Shown here in pieces: positions 32,952-43,558 of a DNA stretch of 64,000 nt; positions within the stretch are counted from its first letter, which is position 1; each line of letters begins with the position of its first letter. Origin of the DNA: Dimorphilus gyrociliatus. Lineage: Eukaryota > Animalia > Annelida. The stretch lies in NCBI GenBank assembly GCA_904063045.1, contig CAJFCJ010000010.1, forward strand, positions 1,612,001 to 1,676,000, in the 5' to 3' direction. The notes beneath the pieces are model-generated. The model was not told the DNA's origin, searched no databases, and saw only the letters and a list, made by a program, of their open reading frames with translations. Both the position numbers and the translations under genes were made by a program.

Positions 32952-35073
32952 ATGAAGAATAATCTTAGATTATTCTTGGTTCAGGCTTTCTTAGTTTATG
33001 GTATTCAATGTATTGGATGGGTAAATGTTTAAAGTTTTATTAAATTGTTTAATTCTAAAATTATATTAATAATTAGGATGAAAAAAATGCTTTGGATGAA
33101 TATGTTTGGAAAGATGACGGCTATTATAAATATGAAATTTTAGACTCATTCAGATCTGTAACTAATGAATCTACTATTTATGTTTTAAATATGACTTCTC
33201 AAAAATGGCTTGACGGTTTGCTATTTCAATAAGTGTCTCAATACCTCTACCCTACATAAAACGTATTGTTTCTTATACAGATAGTGTTAGTGATAGCTCA
33301 GTTTGGTGGCATTATATGGGAATAGCTATTCCTGATGTTGTAGATCTTACAGACGCTGCTCTCGTGTACAATGATGCTGGAAGAAACGATCCCAATTCTA
33401 GGTTAATATGACGAATTTTCTATTGGTTAATTATTTCTAAGAGATTACAATTCGCTTATTAAAATAGCCCACCGGATAGAGATGATCTCGTTAACTTGGC
33501 TATATCTGTTATTGCAGAAGAAATTGGAATTGTTGTTTCCTACGTCAAACAAATTCCAAATCAACCAATAGTGTTTAAAGTAGATTTTCTTAGTTTTCTA
33601 ACTAGAACAAGTGAAACTTATATCTTTATCGCATATATCTTTTATAGAGTGATCCAGAACAAAAGAGAAAAACTGAAGATAGACTTATTGGCTATACTTG
33701 GAGAATGTTTATCGACAATCCAGAATCACCAGGTCCAGAGGTTTTGGCTAGATTCCCAATGACTAAGGCGGTTATCAAGGCTTTTGAAACAACTAGGACT
33801 GTTGCTGCTGAAATGAGACCAGAGTTAAATATTCAAAGATACGCTATTACTGGAGCATCTAAGGTTTGTATTAATACTAGATAGTTTATAGGGGGGAATA
33901 CTTTATTAGGTATTACTTACAATTAATTCAGAGAGGATGGACTGCATGGATGGTTGCATGCGTTGATAAGAGAGCTATTTTTACTATTCCTATGGTTATG
34001 GATCTACTCAACTTGTTACCCGTAAGTTAGAACAAAATGTCTTCCTATTCCAGAGTAATATATTCATTTATTAATATAAATAAATAGAATATGAAGCATC
34101 ATTATAGAGCGCTCGGTGGATGGACGTTTGCTTTTAAACCATATTATGAACACAATTTAACAGTTGAATTAGACAATCCAAATACAAAGAAGCTAGCTAG
34201 TTTTGTCGATCCATACGGTAAGAGGAACTTAGAAACTGTTCGACTACTTTTACATAAATACTTAAATATTCTCTTAATAGAATATAAAGAGCGCTTGAAC
34301 GAAACTGTAAAATTTATTATCTCTGGAGCCAGTGATGAATTCTTTTTGACTGATGACTCTCATTATTTCTTCCACGATCTACCTGGTCCAAAATATATGA
34401 TGCTTTTAGAGAATGCTGGACACGCAATGTTCCCTCATTATCTCGATATTTTAGAAGCGGTCGGAGCTATTATCAAACCCGTTTTCACGGTATTAAATTA
34501 ATAGTAATTTAATATTTTCGGATAATGATAAAAATTAATTAACAGGGTCAAAAGTTGCCTCAACTAGACTTTGAATATAAAGAAACTGAAATGAATGGTA
34601 CAATCATCATGAGGAGCGATACTCCATTGGATGCTGCCTATGTTTTGATCTCAAAAACTGTTGACAACGTTCGGTAAGATTGAATACTGTATATAGTGCA
34701 TATCCTAACTTTAATACGTTCGTCTTATTTATTTACAGTCGTGATTGGCGTCTTCACAAAGGAGAACCACCAAGTGCAAGTGACATTGAGTGGGATGATT
34801 ACGAGATTCAAGCAAACGTAAGATGGCGCTTTATATTAATCAAAAAAAAATTATAGTTCTAATTTTTTATAATAATACTAATAGCCTGATGGAAGTTATT
34901 CGTATACCGTTGAAAAAGACCCAGAAGGAAAATGGACAGCCTTTTTCCTAAGAGCTGAATTTACCGGAGAAAACGATTGGGATTATATAATTACATCCGA
35001 AGCTCATATTGTTCCCGACGTTTTTCCATTTCCAGAATGTTTCGGTCAAGGTTGTCGGGGTGAATTGCTATAA
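32952..35073 (+). CDS. AprA/PqaA-family secreted alpha/beta-hydrolase-like protein (autocrine proliferation repressor A-like), ~11 exons
   Basis: Signal peptide, then ALDEYVWKDD, YVLNMTSQKWL, VWWHY...IP, KQIPNQPIVF, EDRLIGYTW, ARFPMTKAVIKA, TGASK|RGWTAW, VDPY, SGASDEFF, ENAGH, and C-terminal PDVFPFPECFGQGC. These match PqaA/AprA family motifs from memory. All introns are GT-AG. Confidence 0.85.
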
Positions 35074-35929
35074 ATAATTGAAAAACATTGAATATTTTTA
35101 TATTTTAATAAATGAATAAATGAATAAATAGATAAAATAGTCAATGAAAAGAATAGGTATGAAATAAAAGTAGAGGAAGAAATAAACGTTATCAATGTTT
35201 TCACTAAATTATAAATAAGTATACAAGTAAAAGCATAAAGCCATAAAGAAAAAGAGAACAAAGGAGAGAGAGGGACACACAGTCATAGAAAGAGTGAGAG
35301 AATGAGATATGATAAAAAAGTATATAGATATAATGAACTTGACCTATTTTAAAACACGGATTTATTTGATTTAAATATGATTAATTTATCAAAAAAATGA
35401 AGTTTTCAACTAGTAATAAAGTAAAGATCTTTTAATATTTTATATACTTCATAACAGATATTTTTATTGAATATATCTACCTTAATTCTAATTTGTCATT
35501 TATTGCATATTTTTTATATTAATGTCATAAATTGAATATAATAATTTTGTTTCCGTTAAACGGTTATTGAAGAGGAGGAATATATGAAAATAATAATAAT
35601 GAGTTGGCCTATATAAAAAGTTATAAATAGAATACATAGTTTGAACAGTCTACTCTTCTATATAATTACGAAATACAACCTTGAACGCTTTTAACGATCG
35701 CTTTTAATATTACATAATTAATTATAAATATAGATTGAAAGTAGTGATTACTATACACAAATACTTTATTGTTTCTTGAACAGGAACACGAGATGCTTTA
35801 CTTATATTACGTAATAGTTTGTATTAAAAAAAAGAAGAATTTACAGTAGTAATATAAATGCAGATATGAAATTAATTTTACGAGAAAGGAAGAGAAAGAC
35901 AAAGAGAGAGAGAGAGTTATATACATTGT

Positions 35930-38248
35930 TTATATTATACATATCTTCCTGAGAGCATTTTTTGTTAATATACTTCTTACACCCTCTAAAACTTTCTCTA
36001 TATTTTTAGTATCAACTGCGCAAGTATAAAAGTATTGGCAATCGTGATCCTTATGCAAGTCTCTTCCAGTTTTAGTCTTTTTTGAGGATACTGCTATTTC
36101 CTGTACAGACAATAGGGAAAATATAATGTAATAAACTATTAATATATATCTAATAATTAATAATTTATTTACCATAAACACTCTTTTAATGAAAACTGCT
36201 GTTTTTATAACCTCTTCAGATACTTTTGGTTGTATGCATTGTTTCTTTCCTTTTTTTGTTATAATTGTTTTCGTAGTTGTTTTACACATTGATAAAGAAT
36301 CAACAAAATATTTTCTCTCGCCGTCTGCAGGAAGGGAAAAATTAGAATGATGAGATTTAATAGATTCAATTCTTGTTTTTTATTTTTTTACGACTTACCT
36401 GTTATATCGTTGAATGATTTATACATTTTTTCGTAGAGAGGATAATACTTATGAGAGGTTGGAACTGTTTTAAGTAGACTTTCAATTGAACTACTTCCAG
36501 ACATTATCTTTTCTACTAATAGATCGATTTTATTTATAAAGAGTAGAATAGAGACATCTTTTAAAAATCTACAATTCCATATATGTTCAAATACACCTGT
36601 CGCTTCAAGTAATCTATTTGATTCGAAATCATCTCTAACGTTAACATCGAAAGTTGACGAATCTAATACGAATAGAATTGCGGTTGCTGAATCAAACATT
36701 TGAATCCATTTCTTTCGTTCTCCCCTCTGTCCACCTACATCAAAGACGTGAAATGGAATTTTGAACTTGTTTTCGGTTATTGTAAATTCAATTTTTTGTA
36801 TTGTATTCGTTAAAGTTCTGCAATGGAGGATATCCTGTTCGGTTGGTAGATAATCCTCCCTCCTTATAACGTGTATCTTATCGAGGAAACTGTAAAGAAG
36901 CGACGAAAGAGAGGAATGAATAAATTTAATATTTGTTAACGATTTATATTTATATTATTTATAGTATTTGGCTTAATAATAACAACTTTTGTTTATATGG
37001 AATTTCCTTTAAATAACGCAGTAAATTAACAACGTTTACGACTTTACACTAACTTGTTATTAGTTATAATCTAATAAATAAGGTTATGTATGTCCTGATT
37101 CGTTTCTAGAGTTGTATATTAATGTTATTTTGTTCTATTTTTAGCTGATTATTTCAGAATATCTAGGTATTTAATTAAAAGTTATAAAATATATATTTAT
37201 AGATATTAACTGTACAGTTCATTAGTTTATGATCACTTACTATTTCGCGCAATCGATTAACTGATACTCGGCACTTCTCTTATAGCACTTTAATACTCCC
37301 TTATCCGACCATAAGTTCGATGTGTGATCGTAGAACTCCTGTTAGGTATAGTAACAAAGTTACCTATATGAACAGAATATGAATATATTAAGCAATAACT
37401 TACGTCTGGATATTCAGATGAATCTTCAATACATTTAGTTAAAAGATAATTACTACTCTCCTCTAATTTTTCATCTTCCAATTTTATATCTAAACGTTTC
37501 ATAGCACCAAGAATTGTCTATAGGGTGAAAAAACGAAACTATACATTGTTAATATATACTATATATGTATATATATATATATATATATGTACCAATATAG
37601 AATCTCTAAGGTTTTTTCTTATCCACAATACATTTTGTCTTCTTTCCCTAGAAAATTAAAAAAGAATAGTTATGAAGTGCATATTCTAGGATTAAGAGAT
37701 TTCTTATCAATTGTATCTTTCTATAATAAAGAAAACTAATTTTTTTCAATTATTTAACAATAGAATTTCTAATTATTTCACACGATTTTAAAGATAAATT
37801 TATTTAAAGCTATTTTCTGAATGATTAAAGAACAATTATATCTTAATCAGGAAATTCTATATCAAGTACTTTTTTTTATATTCCCTAAATGTAACTTGAT
37901 AACCAAGGTCATGTATTTCGCTTGTATAGGCTTTTGTTCAAACTGATTATGCAAGTTTATTAATAAAAGAGGAAAGATCTTCACTTACTCTTCACTATAT
38001 CCATTTATATGTATAATTTTCATTTGTTTAGTTATTGTACTTTTTCCTGATTCAGCAATACCTAATAAGTTTATTTATTTATTGATACTTTTGAATAGTT
38101 ATGAATAAATTATGTACAAACCTAATAAAAGAATTTTTATAATGCTTTTTTCTCTTTTGTCAGCTTTCTTTAATTGTTTCGATATCATCTTGTCTCTTTT
38201 CTCGTCTTCCGTTCTACCGATACAACGAAATAATTCTTTTACCGACAT
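35930..38248 (-). CDS. Divergent heterotrimeric G protein alpha subunit (Gs/Gf-like), 8 exons, ~426 aa
   Basis: Exons 38248-38122, 38061-37989, 37647-37593, 37517-37404, 37338-37241, 36889-36399, 36324-36173, 36100-35930 total 1281 nt in frame. G1 [19 protein letters not shown] (Gs-like), G2 [10 protein letters not shown]3 DVGGQR, G4 NKID, G5 TCAVDT. Confidence 0.9.
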
Positions 38249-38555
38249 GGTCTCTCTCCTTCTTTCGGTTATATAATTGTAACTGCTTATTCCTTTTTCT
38301 CTCTTCTCAGTTGCCTTTAAAAACGAAAATCGAGGCCTTGCCTTATCTCATTCAACTATTTAAGAAATCTATCACTTGATCTATTCTTCTCCCAATGTCG
38401 TTATATAATCTATATGCATTTATATATTTCCCTGTCTATAGTTTATTTCAATTAGTTTGATATAAGTAATTGATATGATTACTCATAAAACAACTTAACC
38501 AGCTTTGTCGGTTCTGTTCCAATTTGAACATTTTATGCGTTTTCATTCAATAACA

Positions 38556-38570
38556 ACCGCCCTCTAGCGG
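38556..38570. promoter_or_regulatory. CTCF-like motif ACCGCCCTCTAGCGG upstream of the G-alpha gene
   Basis: Close to the CTCF core AGCGCCMYCTAGTGG, ~310 bp upstream of the ATG. Confidence 0.4.
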
Positions 38571-39728
38571 AGTTTGATAAGCTGATTAGCAGTTTTGAAT
38601 ACTTTGATTTTTATATTTATAGTTGAAAAGGATGTTCTTGAAAAACATAGTCAATTTGTTGACCTGATTAAATATCGTTACGTTTTGTCAACTTGAATAG
38701 TATCTATGTATATTTTGCTTAAAAGAAAAAGCTATTTCATTTAATCGCATATACAAATGCAATAATCTCCACTTACAACTATCCGTCTTAATTTTATATA
38801 TGAATATTCATTAGATATATTTCTTGTTAATAATGCTGTGTAACAACAAGCTTTCTGCTCTAGTCAACAATCACAATTTTCTTTCGATAAGATAAAGGAT
38901 ATGTATTAAACGAGATCTGTAATAGATTACGCATGAAGCTATAACTCATATTCATGAATGGAGATATCTACTGCATGTTCTCATTATTTACCTAATGAGA
39001 ATATAAATACTCTAGGCACGATGAATATTATAATAAGAATGATAAATTTAAATGTACTGAGTTTTTAAGACAATATATAAGGCTATAAATAGTCTCCGCA
39101 AATGATGCAACTTTACCAGAATTGACTATGAACGCGTCATAATTTGGTACTCGTTTACCTAACCATTCCGCCCCTCCCCCCACCCCCCTCCCTCCCTTTC
39201 TTCGCAAACTATTCATTTCTTTATTAATCACTTTTGTTTATAAAGTTACGAAGGGAGAGACAACAAAAAGCACCATGAATAAATGAATCGTGACAAAATT
39301 CTACCTATGTTTTTCTATAAAATAAATAAAATTAACCAAAGAAAGCATTTTTAAAAGAAAAACAAAAAGAGATGAGTAGTTATCTTATCTTTTTATTTTC
39401 GTATATTGAATAAATAATCATATCGTACTTTATTTCAACATGATAAGTTTTCATCTTTATATATTTATGTATTATATGTGTTTTAGAATATACGTAGTTA
39501 AACAAAATGGCTAACGATTTGAATATTTTGCAAGCATAAATTAGCATAAATAGAGTGTGCAAGTACAAATGAATAATATTTTTAATGTTGATCCTCTTTT
39601 TAAGTGTTTTTATTTTATTTTTGACAGAAGTATGTCAATTTATAAAATATCCAAAACATCTGTGACACAGTTTAGGATACAACGCATTAGTAATAGACGA
39701 TTATTAACGAATACATTAAAGATTGTTT

Positions 39729-40781
39729 TCAATTCGATTGAAATGAAGATGATATTTCTCCAGTTGAACGTCGATTCTTTGAAAATAATTTTTTGAGTTC
39801 AATTCGAAATTTCGATCCAGTTAAGGTGTAAATAAAAAAGTTTGCGCAATTATTGGTGGCAGATAAGGCTCTTAATGAACGTCCCAAAATATATATTGTA
39901 TTGCTTTCCTGAGTGGTTGCCGTGTCCCAAAATCCATAAAAATGAACAAATAATAAAGTTATACAAATCGGTAATGTTGATATTATAAAATATGTTGAGA
40001 TAAATATTAAGGTTAAAGTCATTGTCGTATTATTTTTATTGGCTTTAGAAGAATCCGAAGTTAGAGTTTTCCTTACTTTTATTGCTCTTGAAAAATTGAT
40101 TAAAATTGAAACATTGACAATAATCATAATGAACGAAGGTATCAATGAAAATATTAAACCATCCATTGGTAAAGTAATGTCGTATAGGATGAAAGCATTC
40201 AATTTCTTCTTACTCGTACACAATAGTAATGAATTCCATTTGTTTAATGGTTCCACCCGAAAGCGTACAGTATCAATAAGATAATAGAAAGGATGATATA
40301 ATATGAGAAAGAATAGTATTATTAGGATACATGTAACCTTGGATCGAAACTTTGTAGAGATTAAATTGGCTTTTGTAGGGAGGAATATGTGTATACTTCG
40401 ATCTATTGTCATTGCAACAATCAGCCAAGAACAAACACTTCCGCTAGTGAATACTATTTGAGATATAAAACTACACATGAAATACCTTAAAACTGGTGCT
40501 GATAAATGATCTAAAAAGCCTAGAAAAGATGATATTGGAAAAATAACACAATTGGAGAACAAAGCAAAAGTATCAACAACAGCCAGAAATCTTATATAAA
40601 TCGACATTGTTGTTCCATTCATTGAGTTTTTACTGAAGATAATAAAACTTAGAATATTACCAATTGTACCAATGATAAATAGAATGCCAGATAAAACAGC
40701 CACACTTATATTGACATCCTTCGCTTCAGGAAAGAGAATTTTAGGAGGTAAAAACAAGGTTTTATTTAAACTGCTATTCAT
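39729..40781 (-). CDS. Intronless class A GPCR (FMRFamide-receptor-like/orphan clade), 350 aa
   Basis: Seven hydrophobic segments; TM1 GN, TM2 LAVVD, TM3 MTIDRS, TM7 NNCANFFIY, helix 8 GSKFRIE, TM3/ECL2 Cys pair. Confidence 0.9.
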   Translation of the reverse strand: MNSSLNKTLFLPPKILFPEAKDVNISVAVLSGILFIIGTIGNILSFIIFSKNSMNGTTMSIYIRFLAVVDTFALFSNCVIFPISSFLGFLDHLSAPVLRYFMCSFISQIVFTSGSVCSWLIVAMTIDRSIHIFLPTKANLISTKFRSKVTCILIILFFLILYHPFYYLIDTVRFRVEPLNKWNSLLLCTSKKKLNAFILYDITLPMDGLIFSLIPSFIMIIVNVSILINFSRAIKVRKTLTSDSSKANKNNTTMTLTLIFISTYFIISTLPICITLLFVHFYGFWDTATTQESNTIYILGRSLRALSATNNCANFFIYTLTGSKFRIELKKLFSKNRRSTGEISSSFQSN

Positions 40782-41321
40782 TTTTTGTTGCTTTAAATGT
40801 TTTTACTGTTTATTTCAAAAATCTATATGGCTTTATATAACATTTTATAGTCTTTTGATTTTAATTAACCGCAGGCGTTAGCTAACTCTTTTGCACGATC
40901 TTCCTTTCTTCTCTTTTATGAAAAAGAATATGTAATTAAGAGGATATATACGAACTTATAATGCAGAGAAACATATCCTCAAACATAAATTGCCCTGAGG
41001 GAATGGGTAAGGAAGAGGGAGAGTATAAGAGTATAAAATTTTCCTCCTGTTCTTTACGCTCTATAATGAATCTTATGTGACGTAAACGAATTTGTTAGGA
41101 CTTCTTTTTCTTTCCAAGTTTATCTAAATAGAGAGAAGGTAGGAAAATTGGTTGGGACGGTTGATTGAAATATATAGGATAAGAAAGTACATTCTCTGAC
41201 AGACCTTTTATTTATTAAGAAAGTCTAACAACTGGGAAAAATATATAGATACATAAATATATTTTTCCCTCCATTTGTCTCATTTGATTTGTCTGCTTAT
41301 CATAAAACACTTTCTTCTTGT

Positions 41322-41346
41322 TTCTTCTTCTTCTTCTTCTTCTTCT
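41322..41346 (+). repeat. (TTC)n tract forming a polypyrimidine tract before an AG (41353-41354) upstream of GPCR 2
   Basis: Direct reading; acceptor-like ttcttag 16 nt before the ATG. Confidence 0.8.
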
Positions 41347-41369
41347 ATTCTTAGCTGAATGTCCAAGAT

Positions 41370-42452
41370 ATGAATAATACAAATTTCTCTATAATTGATA
41401 ATTTTACATCGACCGTTAAACAAGATGAAGAAGTAATATTTCCAGAAGCGAAATATGTCGTTATTGGCTTAACAATATTTTCTATTAGCATATTTAATAT
41501 TGGACTTGTTGGAAATATCTTCAGTTTTATAGTCTATAATAAGTCATCAATGAATATTACTACCTGGTCTATATACGTAAGATATTTAGCAATATGGGAT
41601 TCAATTAATTTAGTTTTTAATTTATTGCTACCTACAATAAGACTTTATCTTGGCTTTTTAAATTTTTCACAAGTCATTCTATTATATTTTCCTTGCACAA
41701 TAACCTTATACGGAGCATACTTGAGTTATGGAATAAGCAGCTGGACCATTATTATGATGACACTTGACAGAAGTATCCATGTTTTCCTTCCGACAAAAGC
41801 TAATACTATTTGCACAAAGTTTAGATCAAAAACTATATGTATAACTATTAGCGCCATTTTAATACTTTTTTATCATTCAATACTCTACTCATTCGATAGG
41901 GTAAAACTTCAAATTCATGAAAATAATCCTTGGAACATAGCTATTAACTGTAAAGCAAAAACACCTGTTTTTCATTTTCTAATTTACAGAGTATATTCAA
42001 CAGTGGATACTTTCATTTCAACCGCTTTAACAGCACTTTTAACTTTTTTCATAAATATGGTAATGGCTATTGGTCTTTTTAGATCAAGAGTGAAAAGGAG
42101 AGCATTAATACAATCTAATAATATAAACAATATGAAATCTAATAAGAAAACAATAACTCTACTATTAATATCAATGTATTTTATAATTTCAACTGGTCCC
42201 TATACTATTTTAATAGTATTAATTCAGAATAGAGGATACTGGGAAAATGGTAGCGATGATGAGTTTAAAAAGTTAACAATATTGTCTCAATCATTAGCTT
42301 TTCTAGCAGCGACAAACAGCGCCATTAATTTTTATTTCTATATTTCAACTGGTGTGAAATTCCGTAAAGAATTTAATAAGCTGATTGGAAGGAAAAGTAT
42401 CAGAAGTAAAGAAGAATCGTACCAGTCAAAATCGTATTTGACGAATAGTTGA
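41370..42452 (+). CDS. Intronless class A GPCR (FMRFamide-receptor-like/orphan clade), 360 aa
   Basis: FPEAK N-terminal motif, GN, LAIWD, MTLDRS, TNSAINFYFY, GVKFRKE. Paralogue of both flanking GPCRs. Confidence 0.9.
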   Translation: MNNTNFSIIDNFTSTVKQDEEVIFPEAKYVVIGLTIFSISIFNIGLVGNIFSFIVYNKSSMNITTWSIYVRYLAIWDSINLVFNLLLPTIRLYLGFLNFSQVILLYFPCTITLYGAYLSYGISSWTIIMMTLDRSIHVFLPTKANTICTKFRSKTICITISAILILFYHSILYSFDRVKLQIHENNPWNIAINCKAKTPVFHFLIYRVYSTVDTFISTALTALLTFFINMVMAIGLFRSRVKRRALIQSNNINNMKSNKKTITLLLISMYFIISTGPYTILIVLIQNRGYWENGSDDEFKKLTILSQSLAFLAATNSAINFYFYISTGVKFRKEFNKLIGRKSIRSKEESYQSKSYLTNS

Positions 42453-42475
42453 ATAGAATATTTTTGAACTTAACT

Positions 42476-42503
42476 TTCTCTCTTTCTCTCTCTCTCTCTC
42501 TCT
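42476..42503 (+). repeat. (CT)n microsatellite filling the GPCR2-GPCR3 spacer
   Basis: Direct reading. Confidence 0.9.
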
Positions 42504-42508
42504 ACTCT

Positions 42509-43558
42509 ATGAAAATGAATAATGTAACGAAATCTCCATCTAATACAGATCTTATATTTCCAGAAGCTAAAAATTTTGGAATATCATTAATAACTTTTTC
42601 TTTCTTAATTCTAATACTTGGAACGATTGGCAATATTCTTAGCTTTAAAGTTTTCAGTAAAGAATCAATGAATAAAAATACATTTTCCGTATTCGTTAGA
42701 TTCCTGGCTGTTGTGGATACTGGAGTATTAATATTTACTGTTCTATTTGGTTGTCAAATGCTACTTGGATTCTTCTATGTACATAAATTGGTAATAACTT
42801 ATTTTTTTTGCGCAACAACCTACTATGGTCAGTTTATGCTTGGACATTCGTCCAGTTGGTTAGTTGTAGCTATGACAATAGATCGAAGTATTCACGTACT
42901 CTATCCAACCACATCTAAAACTATATCAACAAAATATCGAGCCAAAGCTATTTGTACTTGTATTATTGTCTTTTTCTCGTTACTTTATATTTTCTTCTTT
43001 TACGCTTTTAGTTCAGCGAATATAACAGTCCAACCCAATAATGAATGGTCCGCTACATTATATTGTGTGGGTAGAGATGAGGGATTTGAATATTTTTTAT
43101 ATCAGTATGTCGGATTCTTTGACGTTCTGGCTTACACCCTTATACCTTCAATAATAATTGCCATTTTTAATATTCTAATCATAAATACATTGATAAAAGC
43201 AAGAAAAAGGAGAAAGACAATGACTCAAGATAAACTAAAGAGCGACAGAAAATCAAATCAGATGACAATAATGCTTGTCTTTGTTTCAACCTATCTAATG
43301 ATTGCTACCTTGCCAGTTGGAATACTATCAAGGTATCTACAACAAAATGAAACTTGGAAATATGGTTCTATTGAAATAGTAAATAAATTGATAATAATCA
43401 CTAGAATTTTAAATATGTTTGCAGCCACGAATAGCGCAATTAATTTTTATATTTATTTTGCAAGTGGTGGGAAATTTAGAAGAGAGGTTTATTTGCTTTT
43501 TGATAATAAGAAAACGAAAGAAACATTTACAAGCATCTCATCTATATCATCAAAATGA
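42509..43558 (+). CDS. Intronless class A GPCR (FMRFamide-receptor-like/orphan clade), 349 aa
   Basis: First ATG at 42509 (MKMNNVT); the ORF track begins at a TTG at 42449 and translates a (CT)n tract. FPEAK, GN, LAVVD, MTIDRS, TNSAINFYIY, GGKFRRE. Confidence 0.9.
   Translation: MKMNNVTKSPSNTDLIFPEAKNFGISLITFSFLILILGTIGNILSFKVFSKESMNKNTFSVFVRFLAVVDTGVLIFTVLFGCQMLLGFFYVHKLVITYFFCATTYYGQFMLGHSSSWLVVAMTIDRSIHVLYPTTSKTISTKYRAKAICTCIIVFFSLLYIFFFYAFSSANITVQPNNEWSATLYCVGRDEGFEYFLYQYVGFFDVLAYTLIPSIIIAIFNILIINTLIKARKRRKTMTQDKLKSDRKSNQMTIMLVFVSTYLMIATLPVGILSRYLQQNETWKYGSIEIVNKLIIITRILNMFAATNSAINFYIYFASGGKFRREVYLLFDNKKTKETFTSISSISSK

Noticed and set aside
32952-35073. Bacterial contamination or recent HGT as the source of the PqaA-like gene
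   Set aside because: About ten host-type GT-AG introns and host-like composition.
35930-35944. Possible CaaX prenylation motif at the G-alpha C-terminus (ICII*)
   Set aside because: The Cys is at -3, not -4, so it is neither a CaaX box nor the pertussis-toxin Cys.
42449-42508. Apparent GPCR2/GPCR3 overlap and LSLSLSLS N-terminus
   Set aside because: Artefact of a TTG start and translation of a (CT)n microsatellite.
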